Shown: one piece after another, positions 1-10,191 of the stretch
Layout: each line of letters opens with the position of its first letter
How positions within the stretch are numbered: position 1 is the stretch's first letter
Source: Eledone cirrhosa
Lineage: Eukaryota
Direction: 5' to 3'
NCBI GenBank assembly: GCA_964016885.1
Contig: OZ024764.1
Span: forward strand, 62,001-126,000
Length of the DNA stretch: 64,000 bases
Made by a program: the position numbers and the translations under genes
The notes under the pieces: generated by a model
Databases searched by the model: none
What the model was told of the DNA's origin: nothing
Seen by the model: only the letters and a program-made list of their open reading frames with translations

Positions 1-1745
1 TCCTACATGACCTCTTTACAGTGTGGACTGGGAGCCTTTTTACTGTGTCTCCTACATGACCACTTTACAGTGTGGACTGGGAGCCTTTTTACTGTGTCTC
101 CTACACAACCACTTTACAGTGTGGACTGGGAGCCTTTTTACCGTGTCTCCTACACAACCACCTTACTGTGTGGAATGGGAGCCTTTTTACTGTGTCTCCT
201 ACATGACCACATTACAGTGTGGACTGGGAGCCTTTTTACTGTGTCTCCTACATGACCATTTTACAGTGTGGACTGGGAGCCTTTTTACTGTGTCTCCTAC
301 ATGACCACCTTACAGTGTGGACTGGGAGCCTTTTTACTGTGTCTCCTACATGACCACTTTACAGTGTGGACTGGGAGCCTTTTTACTGTGTCTCCTACAT
401 GACCACCTTACAGTGTGGACTGGGAGCCTTTTTACTGTGTCTCCTACATGACCACCTTACAGTGTGGACTGGGAGCCTTTTTACTGTGTCTCCTACATGA
501 CCTCTTTACAGTGTGGACTGGGAGCCTTTTTACTGTGTCTCCTACATGACCACTTTACAGTGTGGACTGGGAGCCTTTTTACTGTGTCTCCTACATGACC
601 ACCTTACAGTGTGGACTGGGAGCCTTTTTACTGTGTCTCCTACATGACCTCTTTACAGTGTGGACTGGGAGCCTTTTTACTGTGTCTCCTACATGACCTC
701 TTTACAGTGTGGACTGGGAGCCTTTTTACTGTGTCTCCTACATGACCACCTTACAGTGTGGACTGGGAGCCTTTTTACTGTGTCTCCTACATGACCACTT
801 TACAGTGTGGACTGGGAGCCTTTTTACTGTGTCTCCTACATGACCACTTTACAGTGTGGACTGGGAGCCTTTTTACTGTGTCTCCTACATGACCTCTTTA
901 CAGTGTGGACTGGGAGCCTTTTTACTGTGTCTCCTACACGACCACTTTACAGTGTGGACTGGGAGCCTTTTTACTGTGTCTCCTACATGACCTCTTTACA
1001 GTGTGGACTGGGAGCCTTTTTACTGTGTCTCCTACACGACCACTTTACAGTGTGGACTGGGAGCCTTTTTACTGTGTCTCCTACACGACCACTTTACAGT
1101 GTGGACTGGGAGCCTTTTTACTGTGTCTCCTACACGACCACTTTACAGTGTGGACTGGGAGCCTTTTTACTGTGTCTCCTACACGACCACTTTACAGTGT
1201 GGACTGGGAGCCTTTTTACTGTGTCTCCTACACGACCACTTTACAGTGTAGACTGGGAGCCTTTTTACTGTGTCTCCTACATGACCTCTTTACAGTGTGA
1301 ACTGGGAGCCTTTTTACCATGTCTCCTACACAACCACTTTACAGTGTGGACTGGGAGCCTTTTTACCGTGTCTCCTACATGACCACTTTACAGTGTGGAC
1401 TGGGAGCCTTTTTACTGTGTCTCCTACACGACCACTTTACAGTGTGGACTGGGAGCCTTTTTACTGTGTCTCCTACATGACCACTTTACAGTGTGGACTG
1501 GGAGCCTTTTTACTGTGTCTCCTACACGGCCACTTTACAGTGTGGACTGGGAGCCTTTTTACTGTGTCTCCTACACGGCCACTTTACAGTGTGGACTGGG
1601 AGCCTTTTTACCATGTCTCCTACACGACCACTTTACAGTGTGGACTGGGAGCCTTTTTACTGTGTCTCCTACATGACCACTTTACAGTGTGGACTGGGAG
1701 CCTTTTTACTGTGTCTCCTACACGACCACTTTACAGTGTGGACTG
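1..1745 (+). repeat. 49-bp tandem array (~35 units visible, runs off left edge), SINE-derived unit
   Basis: Period 49 (TCCTACATGA at 1, 50...). Unit TTTACAGTGTGGACTGGGAGCCTTTTTACTGTGTCTCCTACATGACCAC resembles the SINE segment at ~4990-5050. Confidence 0.97.
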
Positions 1746-1867
1746 TTGTGTTATCGACACAGCGGACGGAACGGGAGAGAGAGGGTGGGGTAGGGTGTGG
1801 GGGCGGGGTGTACATTGAGTCAAGAGTTGATCTATACGATAAATACACCCAGACTTATGCTGAAATG

Positions 1868-2578
1868 TAGTTATTGTTAAGAACGGCATCCAGCTATAGA
1901 AAGTTTGCGAAAAAAAGGTTTAGGAGCACCCTTCAGTTGTGTCAAGGACAGAGTAACCTCTCCTGTCTACTTGGAAGTACGTGAAACTGTATGTAAGCGA
2001 GACGATAGATTCCTGGCCAGTCTTGAAGATCAGTGGCCCCACTTCAGTACTGACCTGGTCTATATAGACCCTCCACACATTGGTGGCCCCACTTCAGTAC
2101 TGACCTGGTCTATATAGACCCTCCACACATTGGTGGCCCCACTTCAGTACTGACCTGGTCTATATAGACCCTCCACACATTGGTAGACCCTCCATACATT
2201 GGTGGCCCCACTTCAGTACTGACCTGGTCTATGTAGACCCTCCACACATTGGTAGACCCTCCACACATTGGTGGCCCCACTTCAGTACTGACCTGGTCTC
2301 TGTAGACCCTCCACACATTGGTGGCCCCACTTCAGTACCGACCTGGTCTATGTAGACCCTCCACACATTGGTGGCCCCACTTCAGTACTGACCTGGTCTA
2401 TGTAGACCCTCCACACATTGGTAGACCCTCCACACATTGGTGGCCCCACTTCAGTACTGACCTGGTCTATGTAGACCCTCCACACATTGGTGGCCCCACT
2501 TCAGTACTGACCTGGTCTATGTAGACCCTCTAAACCTTGCTAACAGGGGAAACAGGCATTAAAGCAATGATGATGATG
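1868..2578 (+). mobile_element. Degenerate SINE 3' part (family B) hosting the 50-bp array
   Basis: GTTAAGAACGGCATCCAGCTATAGAAA resembles GTTAGGAAGAGCATCCAGCTGTAGAAA of the SINE at 18184-18502; ends in a similar ...ATTAAAGCAATGATGATGAT tail. Confidence 0.55.
2033..2530 (+). repeat. 50-bp palindrome-rich tandem array with 19-bp sub-duplications
   Basis: Unit GTGGCCCCACTTCAGTACTGACCTGGTCTATATAGACCCTCCACACATTG, period 50 (2033, 2083); occasional extra GTAGACCCTCCACACATTG. Confidence 0.95.
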
Positions 2579-2592
2579 TGTGTGCACAAGTT

Positions 2593-2625
<33 letters not shown>

Positions 2626-2752
2626 ATGTGACTGTGTGTGTGTACGTGTGTATGTGTTTGTGTGTACGGAGTTATATGTTTAGGGCTGCTGGTTTTGTCT
2701 TAGAATCAGAGGCGGGTTTCACCCATAATGGGGATTGTTTCAAAAGGATTAA

Positions 2753-4247
2753 CCCTTTAGCATTTAAACCAGCCATATCTGGCCAGAATTCTTTCACATC
2801 TTTCAGTTGAAACCAGCTGTAACTGGCGACTCATAATGATGTTAAGGCAGTATTCTCAAAATAGATAATATCAAAATCTCAAATTTGAAATTATGTGAGA
2901 TATGTGAGGTGAAAATACAATAGTATATATAGAGTAATGTAAATGTTATGTGAGATATTATGTGAGGTAAAGCCTTTACTGTGAAAATACAATAGTATAT
3001 ATAGAGTAATGTAAATGTTATGTGAGGTATTATGTGAGGTAAAGACTTTACTGTGAAAATACAATAGTATATATAGAGTAATGTAAATGTTATGTGAGGT
3101 ATTATGTGAGGTAAAGCCTTTACTATGAAAATACAATAGTATATATAGAGTAATGTAAATGTTATGTGAGATATTATGTGAGGTAAAGCCTTTACTGTGA
3201 AAATACAATAGTTTATATAGAGTAATGTAAATGTTATGTGAGGTATTATGTGAGGTAAAGCCTTTACTGTGAAAATACAATAGTATATATAGAGTAATGT
3301 AAATGTTATGTGAGATATTATGTGAGGTAAAGCCTTTACTGTGAAAATACAATAGTATATATAGAGTAATGTAAATGTTATGTGAGATATTATGTGAGGT
3401 AAAGCCTTTACTGTGAAAATACAATAGTATATATAGAGTAATGTAAATGTTATGTGAGATATTATGTGAGGTAAAGCCTTTACTGTGAAAATACAATAGT
3501 TTATATAGAGTAATGTAAATGTTATGTGAGGTATTATGTGAGGTAAAGCCTTTACTGTGAAAATACAATAGTATATATAGAGTAATGTAAATGTTATGTG
3601 AGATATTATGTGAGGTAAAGCCTTTACTGTGAAAATACAATAGTATATATAGAGTAATGTAAATGTTATGTGAGATATTATGTGAGGTAAAGCCTTTACT
3701 GTGAAAATACAATAGTATATATAGAGTAATGTAAATGTTATGTGAGATATTATGTGAGGTAAAGCCTTTACTGTGAAAATACAATAGTATATATAGAGTA
3801 ATGTAAATGTTATGTGAGATATTATGTGAGGTAAAGCCTTTACTGTGACAATACAATAGTATATATAGAGTAATGTAGATGTTATGTGAGATATTATGTG
3901 AGGTAAAGCTTTTACTGTGAATATACAATAGTATATATAGAGTAATGTAAATGTTATGAGATATTATGTGAGGTAAAGCCTTTACTGTGAAAATACAATA
4001 GTATATATAGAGTAATGTAAATGTTATGTGAGATATTATGTGAGGTAAAGCCTTTACTGTGAAAATACAACAGTATATATAGAGTAATGTAAATGTTATG
4101 TGAGATATTATGTGAGGTAAAGCCTTTACTGTGAAAATACAACAGTATATATAGAGTAATGTAAATGTTATGTGAGATATTATGTGAGGTAAAGCCTTTA
4201 CTGTGAAAATACAATAGTATATAGAGAGTAATGTAAATGTTAAAGGG
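2753..4247 (+). mobile_element. Non-autonomous piggyBac-type MITE carrying a 72-bp tandem array
   Basis: TTAA at 2749-2752 and 4248-4251; TIRs CCCTTTAGCATTTA / TAAATGTTAAAGGG (13/14 match); left subterminal region resembles that of the transposase-bearing element at 16533. Confidence 0.85.
2890..4242 (+). repeat. 72-bp tandem array (~19 units)
   Basis: Period 72 (AGAGTAATGT at 2931, 3003...). Unit TGTGAGGTAAAGCCTTTACTGTGAAAATACAATAGTATATATAGAGTAATGTAAATGTTATGTGAGATATTA. Confidence 0.97.
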
Positions 4248-4282
4248 TTAATAATATCTCCTCTCTGTGACCCCTATTTCAG

Positions 4283-4397
4283 CGATATATTCAATGATAT
4301 CTACGTAAAGCCGTATGCAAGAATCGGGCCCTATTTGATAGGGATCCTCTATGGTTATCACCTCTACAATGGGACAGCAAAGAAATACTTGAATGGG
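4283..4397 (+). CDS. nrf-6: Internal exon A of NRF-6/OACYL-like acyltransferase-3 family gene
   Basis: tttcAG acceptor (4281-82), GTAAGT donor (4398); encodes DIFNDIYVKPYARIGPYLIGILYGYHLYNGTAKKYLNG with the family Y.KPY.R.GPY..G...GY motif; ends in phase 0, matching exon B. Symbol denotes family, not proven orthology. Confidence 0.88.
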
Positions 4398-4413
4398 GTA
4401 AGTGTTACATAAT

Positions 4414-4594
4414 TGTTTCTACTTTAGGCACAAGGCCAGCAATTATCCAGTGCATTACTGGTACTTTATTTTATCGACCCCGTAAGGATGAAAGGCAAAG
4501 TCAACCTCGGCGGGATTTGAACTCAGATCGTAAAGGGACGTAACTATGCTGGAAAGCATGGCGTCCGACCCTCTACCGATACTGCCAATCCACC
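4414..4594 (-). mobile_element. tRNA-derived SINE (family A, Octopus-type) with 19-bp TSD
   Basis: Minus strand: A-box-like TGGCAGTATCGG, B box GAGTTCAAATCC; TSD GGGGTAAGTGTTACATAAT at 4395-4413 and 4595-4613; more copies at 17578, 21255, 30898. Confidence 0.9.
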
Positions 4595-4753
4595 GGGGTA
4601 AGTGTTACATAATGACTTGTTATTGTAGAGGGAGAACTTTAAAATGTGTGTTTATATATATATATATATATATATAACGGAAGAAATCTGGTAAGGAACC
4701 AGGTGGACCATAACGCACCAAAGTACTCAATACTTAGGGTAGTAGAGCGGGTA

Positions 4754-4865
4754 ATAGGAACGAGTAGGACCCCGATGGCTGAGTTCAAGCCGTTTCGACG
4801 GCTAATTCCAGAATTAGCCGTCGAAACGGCTTGAGCTCAGCCGTCGGGGTCCTACTCGTTCCTAT
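4754..4865. repeat. Near-perfect inverted repeat (54-bp arms, 4-nt loop)
   Basis: 4754-4807 is the reverse complement of 4812-4865 with 2 differences, both G-U pairs in + strand RNA. Confidence 0.95.
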
Positions 4866-4878
4866 ATATATATATATA

Positions 4879-5164
4879 TCATTTCATTTTCATCATTTCA
4901 TTTTACGTCCGCTTTTCCCTGCTTGCAAGGGTGGGACGGGAATTGATTCTGGCTTGATTTCTACAGCTGGATGCCCTTCCTAACACCAACCTCATTTACA
5001 GTGAGTGCTGGGTGCTTTTTTGCCGTGGCACCTCCACGACCACTTTGCAGTGGAATGATAGGGACCCCAGTCCCTATCACCTCATTTCTACAGCTGAGTA
5101 AACTGGAGCAATGTGAAATAAAGTGTCTTGCTCAAGGAAACAACACATCACCCAGTCTGAGAAT
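4879..5164 (-). mobile_element. SINE family B, 5'-truncated
   Basis: Reverse-complement match to 18240-18502 (CTTGAGCAAGACACTTTATTTCAC ... GCATCCAGCTGTAGAAATCAAGCCAGAATC ... GGACGTAAAATGAAATGA). Confidence 0.88.
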
Positions 5165-5274
5165 ATATATATATATATAGTAATAATAATAAACGTGAAG
5201 ACTAAAATCCAAAGAGGGCTCGATAAGGATATTACATATATATAAATATATATTAAACCATAGAGCAAATATTT

Positions 5275-5348
5275 ATTAGAATAACTGAAGATCCCGTTAA
5301 GGGTGAAAGCAGTGATTCTTTGCTTAAACTTTAATCTGTTATTTTAAT
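5275..5348 (+). ncRNA. Degenerate type I hammerhead-like motif (probable Penelope LTR fragment)
   Basis: CTGAAGA (5285) - T CCC gttaa GGG T - GAAA (5305); stem I ATTAGAATAA/TTATTTTAAT; cleavage triplet would be CUG, which is non-canonical. Confidence 0.45.
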
Positions 5349-5440
5349 ATATATATATATATGAATATATATATAATTATATATATATGTATATATAATG
5401 ATGTGTTTATATATATATATATAATTAGATATATATGTGA

Positions 5441-5556
5441 AGGCGTGTGGCTGAGTGGTTAGAGAATTGGATTCGCAATCGTAAGGTTGTGAGTTCGATT
5501 CCTGGACCAGGCGATGCGTTATGTCCTTGAGCAAGACACTTTATTTCACGTTGCTC
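5441..5556 (+). mobile_element. SINE family B, 5' tRNA-like head
   Basis: A box TGGCTGAGTGG, B box GAGTTCGATTCC, followed by CCTTGAGCAAGACACTTTATTTCAC. Confidence 0.85.
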
Positions 5557-5677
5557 CTTCTACCTGGAGTTGCGACCGATAGATAGTATTAGCAATTGGA
5601 AAGACCAACGGAAACATTGTTCCCTCGGTCCGATTTGACGAAAGTCGATCGTTCCTATGTATATATAATGATGTGTT

Positions 5678-5716
<39 letters not shown>

Positions 5717-5800
5717 GTAGAAGGTAATATCCGTAGTGGTAGATCACTCAGTCCATGGGACGAGTTAGGTAGAAGTGGTTACACAACAGTTAGTTCACCA

Positions 5801-5846
5801 TATCGAGAACAATTGTTTCACCTTATGCGGATCTTCAGCTTGGACA
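5801..5846 (-). ncRNA. Minimal type I hammerhead ribozyme of the Penelope-like element
   Basis: Minus strand CTGAAGA-TCCgcataaGGT-GAAAC-AATT-GTT: short stem III with palindromic loop, GUU triplet, imperfect stem I; lies 3' of the GIY-YIG region. Confidence 0.6.
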
Positions 5847-6945
5847 GGTAATGGTTATACAGAACAGGAAGAACAACTGCAGAAACGGTCACTTAACCCA
5901 AGCGATAGAAGGCCACGGGCGAAAGGTGTCATGCGAAAGTCCGGAAAAGATGTTCGAGTTGACTAGAAAATTAATGTTATTGTTATTCAATCCGGAGCTT
6001 TGTAGTTATGCAAGACATGTGGACAACGTTGTCCACATGTGTTTCCAGACATGTGGACAACGGGAGAAGATTTCATTCCTTGATTTAGGCAATTGTTATT
6101 GTGTAATCTCCTTAGGATATTTATCCTTTCTTCAATACACAGTTCACAAGACGGATTGCTCCTTGTGTATGGCTTGGACTTAGTGATGGCTTTCCATTGA
6201 ATGGAGTAGTTTATACCTGAGTCCTTGAGAAACCATACGTGGCTCGCGAGTTTCATGGATGATCGTTTGTCCGGGTACCTAAAGGTCGACTGGTGGTTCA
6301 GGAAGCTGTGGTCACTTCCAACCGACCAAATCAACCACAGGAGGTCAAATCCTATGTAGATAAGATACCGTCACCATTATTAAACCTGTACGCGGGGGAT
6401 TTTTCTAGTAGGCTGCTGTTAATTCTATTACACGAACTAAGTTGGTGTGGGGATTCACCCTGGCCCACCACCCTTGTTGTTATAATGCTGGCCAGAGCTA
6501 GCCACATTACTAGTTCGACCTGTATATTTCCCGTTAGTAAGCCCACTGCCGCAGTGGTTATTGGTGCGACACGCTATTAGACTGGTCCTATGGGGAGGGG
6601 GGGGGGGGGGCTAGTAGAGCCTGTGTCCTGGATGTACGAAATCCTGCTGCGATAACCTGATTCGGCCAGTGCTTTGTTGTAGTAGTCGGCAGTTTGGTGG
6701 AAGAGGTCCTCGTTTGCCGATGGCCTCGAGATTCTATGTGAGATGCTGCTCACTATAGAGTTAAGTGTAGATTTGGGGTGATTAGATGCTTTGTTGATGT
6801 AAGACAGGACCTCACCTGGCTTGTGGTATGGTCTGTATAAGCCAGGACCTAATTCTAACATTACATCCAGGAAGTTAACTACTTTATGGTTGTGGTCTAT
6901 TGTAACTGAGAGGCCGTATGTTTTAAAGAACTTATACATGTATAT

Positions 6946-9307
6946 ACAGGCTTTTTGAATCTGACTGATAAAATGACAAGTCAGTCAATCATATTGGTGA
7001 CCACCCCTAGCCCCAGCAGGGAAAATGGAGAAGGCATTTCCCTGGAGGACGGCAAAGCCATTCCAACTCGGCAAGGCCATTACAACTCGCGGGGCTCACA
7101 CCTGCGGCTGGCCAGCTCAGCGCCTATGGTGGTGAGTAGGGAGGTAGCCCTAGGGCCAAGGACACCAGAAGTCTCCACTGCTACGGGGAGCCAGCTCAGT
7201 GCCTATGGTGGTGAGTAGGGAGGTAGCCCTAGAGTCAAGGACACCAGAAGTTTCCACTGCTACGGGGAGCCAGCTCAGTGCCTATGGTGGTGAGTAGGGA
7301 GGTAGCCCTAGAGTCAAGGACACCAGAAGTTTCCACTGCTACGGGGAGCCAGCTCAGTGCCTATGGTGGTGAGTAGGGAGGTAGCCCTAGAGTCAAGGAC
7401 ACCAGAAGTCTCCACTGCTACGGGGAGCCAGCTCAGTGCCTATGGTGGTGAGTAGGGAGGTAGCCCTAGAGTCAAGGACACCAGAAGTCTCCACTGCTAC
7501 GGGGAGCCAGCTCAGTGCCTATGGTGGTGAGTAGGGAGGTAGCCCTAGAGTCAAGGACACCAGAAGTCTCCACTGCTACGGGGAGCCAGCTCAGTGCCTA
7601 TGGTGGTGAGTAGGGAGGTAGCCCTAGGGCCAAGGACACCAGAAGTCTCCACTGCCAAGGGCACGACTGCGAACCTGTTGGAGAGCGACCGGTACTTGGA
7701 GAGTTTGGCCTCCTCAGCCCGACGTGCAGCAGAACCTGGGTTAGTCGCAGACTGCACCAGGTTGCGTCTGCAGAAGGTGCCAGTGCAAGTGGCATCCCAG
7801 ACGAGGGGTTTGCCATCTGACCTTTTGCCGTCCCCTCGATCCAACCCCACCGGCTCGAGCTTGGAAGGGAAGCCATGCTTTATGACCTCATTGAGGGCAG
7901 CATGGCGTGGAAGGTGGCCGGCACTGTGGAGACAGGAAAGCGGGTGGAGGCCGAAAGAGTCCACAGTGGATCCACAGCGACATTGATGTGGCTCGCAGAT
8001 CTGGAGTCCAAGCCTCAAGGAAACCTCGATGAGCAGGCTATTGTTATCCAACTGTGTGCCAGTGGAGAAGGAGGGCAGGGCATGGAGCCAGGCTCCACTG
8101 TGGGGTTTGGAGGCCGCACGGAAACAAGCAAGGTGGTGTTGGTCGAGCTGGCGCATGAGCCTGTCTGAGGCCAGGCTCCACTGGATGGCATCCCAAATGC
8201 TTTGGGGGGACTTGACGTCAACAGGGGGGAGAAGGAGGAGGGACGTCTACTTGGCTAAGTCCCAGCCGGTCCCACGTCTCACAGGCGGCCTCACGTTCTC
8301 TGAACACGGAGGGTTCTATTGTGTTTTGGAGAACTCTGCTGACGAGGACGCGGCATGAGGTTACCGACGAAAGAAACGCCAGCAAAGCCAACGAGATCAG
8401 GGACCGGAGGCCAAGGCCGCCATACTTGACAGGTAAAGTGGCCTGTTGCCATCCAATGTCATCAAAACTGACGTTGCATATCTCCTCGGCTGCTGCTCGG
8501 ATACAAGTATCAAGGTCAGCGAGGAGAGATGTGTGGGTGTAGCACAGAGCATTGCGAAGGGTTTAGAGGAGCTTAGGCATGGCCAAGCAGTTCCTCAACA
8601 GAAAGGGGGCTGGGTGGCCGTCGATCAAGCCCAGTCAGCTCGTGAGAGTCTGGAGTTGTTGAAGCCTGGACCTGATGGTGGAGCGGATCGCTGGAGGGTG
8701 GAGCGGATCGCTGGAGGGTGGATCGGTGTCCCCGAGGATGAGGACATCCTCTTTGGGTGGGTCAACTTAACCTGGTGGAGAATGGACCGCATGTCCGAGA
8801 CGGAGGCTGCAAAGCTCTCAGTATCGTGGCTGACATTCGTCACCTCCGACTTGGACGAGTTGACCTGGAGGCCGATTCCTGCCAGGGCAGGAACCACCGA
8901 TTGCAGGTCATGGCAGACAGTCTGTACGGGCCCGCCCAACATAGCATCGTCCAGATACCAAACGTTGAGAGGGGCCGTGATACTCCGGGCGATGTGGTCT
9001 ATACCAAGGGCAAACAGGAAGGAGTCCAAAGGGTCGCCCTGTTGGACCCCAGTGGCCGAAGGTATGACCGTATCAGTAGCAAGGAGCATGCCCGGAGCTC
9101 CATACAACAGGTGGGCCAACAGGTAGACAGAGGAGGCTCGGCCGAGGTTGGCTTCGAGCAGAGGGTCCCCGGCGTAAGCAGTTGAAGGCATTCCTTTCCT
9201 CTTGTTAAGCTTGACAATGGGGTGCCTGGAGTCCCTGGATGCCGGCTCTGGTGGGCAGCTGCTGAAGAACTGCCTGGCTGCATGTGTGGGCCCCGCACAG
9301 CCACCGG
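6946..9307 (-). mobile_element. 5'-truncated, decayed CRE-clade non-LTR retrotransposon (RT + restriction-like endonuclease)
   Basis: GVQQGDPL..FLFALGI, WYLDD, WQQATLPVKYGGLGLR, SGAWLHALP, CRCG..D.FGLH.LSC..RH..LN, WDATC..AEEAKLSKY, PLAVETSG, terminal AVLQGNA; 10-bp TSD ACATGTATAT at 6936-6945 and 9308-9317. Confidence 0.85.
7111..7655. repeat. 79-bp tandem array (~7 units) amplified from CRE coding sequence
   Basis: Period 79 (7141 vs 7220; 7191 vs 7270); unit = 71 bp encoding AVETSGVLGPRATSLLTTIGTELA plus 8-bp linker TACGGGGA. Confidence 0.93.
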
Positions 9308-9437
9308 ACATGTATATGCTTATTGAGGTTTTCTATCCTACGGGGGCTGTGATTCCTTACAGTAAATAGGGCGTCGTCCCTTTATACACCTCCTTATAGT
9401 ACAGGGATCTCATCCCTGATCTTGTGTAGGAGGTATT

Positions 9438-9654
9438 ATATATATATATATATAATACCTCCTACATATATATATGTATATATATACATATGTGTGTGTG
9501 TATATATATACATATGTATATATATATATATACATATGTATATATACATATATACATATGTATATATGTATATATACATATATACATATGTATATATGTA
9601 TATATATATATACATATATACATATGTATATATGTATATATATATATACATATG

Positions 9655-9686
<32 letters not shown>

Positions 9687-9724
9687 CACATATGTATACA
9701 TATATATATACATATGTATATATG

Positions 9725-9762
<38 letters not shown>

Positions 9763-9768
9763 CACATA
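9438..9768. repeat. (TA)n / TACATATG-type microsatellite
   Basis: Direct reading. Confidence 0.95.
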
Positions 9769-10191
9769 TTAATTAATTTCAAATAACCAGAATATACATA
9801 TATATATATATATATACTCATATTTATATATATACGCTTCTCACTCACACACAAGAAAAACAAAAAACAAAAATAAATCAAAAATAAATTAAAAAAAAAT
9901 ATATATATATTGAAATACTTAACTAAAACACACACACACGAACTTGTGAGTACATTTTCCTTTAACTACAAATTATTATTATATACTTTCGTCTTTTCAT
10001 TAACTTAATTAATTTCAAATAACCAGAATATACATATATATATATATATATACTCATATTTATATATATACGCTTCTCACTCACACACAAGAAAAACAAA
10101 AAACAAAAATAAATCAAAAATAAATTAAAAAAAAAAAAAATATATATATATTGAAATACTTAACTAAAACACACACACACTCAAAACTAGA

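Larger units (their letters stand above)
5716..9437 (-). mobile_element. Decayed Penelope-like retroelement (Naiad-like RT + GIY-YIG C-terminus), interrupted by a CRE element
   Basis: 9437-9318 reads YLLHKIR..GGV*RDDAL..PRRIENLNKHI (dead YRDD); resumes at 6939 YKFFKTYGLSVTI..VNFLDV..YRPYHKP..SNHP..ALAESGY; 6300-6090 NHQSTFR..LASHVW.LKD..IQWK..CELCIEE..CLN. Stops and an internal deletion are present. Confidence 0.85.

Noticed and set aside
7-1870. ORFs in the 49-bp array (MDWEPFYCVSY...) and the 423-aa ORF at 29422-30693
   Set aside because: Stop-free translations of SINE-derived tandem units; no splice or domain support.
5441-5510. tRNA genes at SINE heads (also 18184-18255)
   Set aside because: A/B boxes run into SINE body sequence with no acceptor-stem closure; multiple diverged copies.
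8029-9185. Plus-strand ORFs over the CRE element and antisense ORFs over both LINEs
   Set aside because: Shadows of coding frames on the opposite strand with no recognisable motifs.
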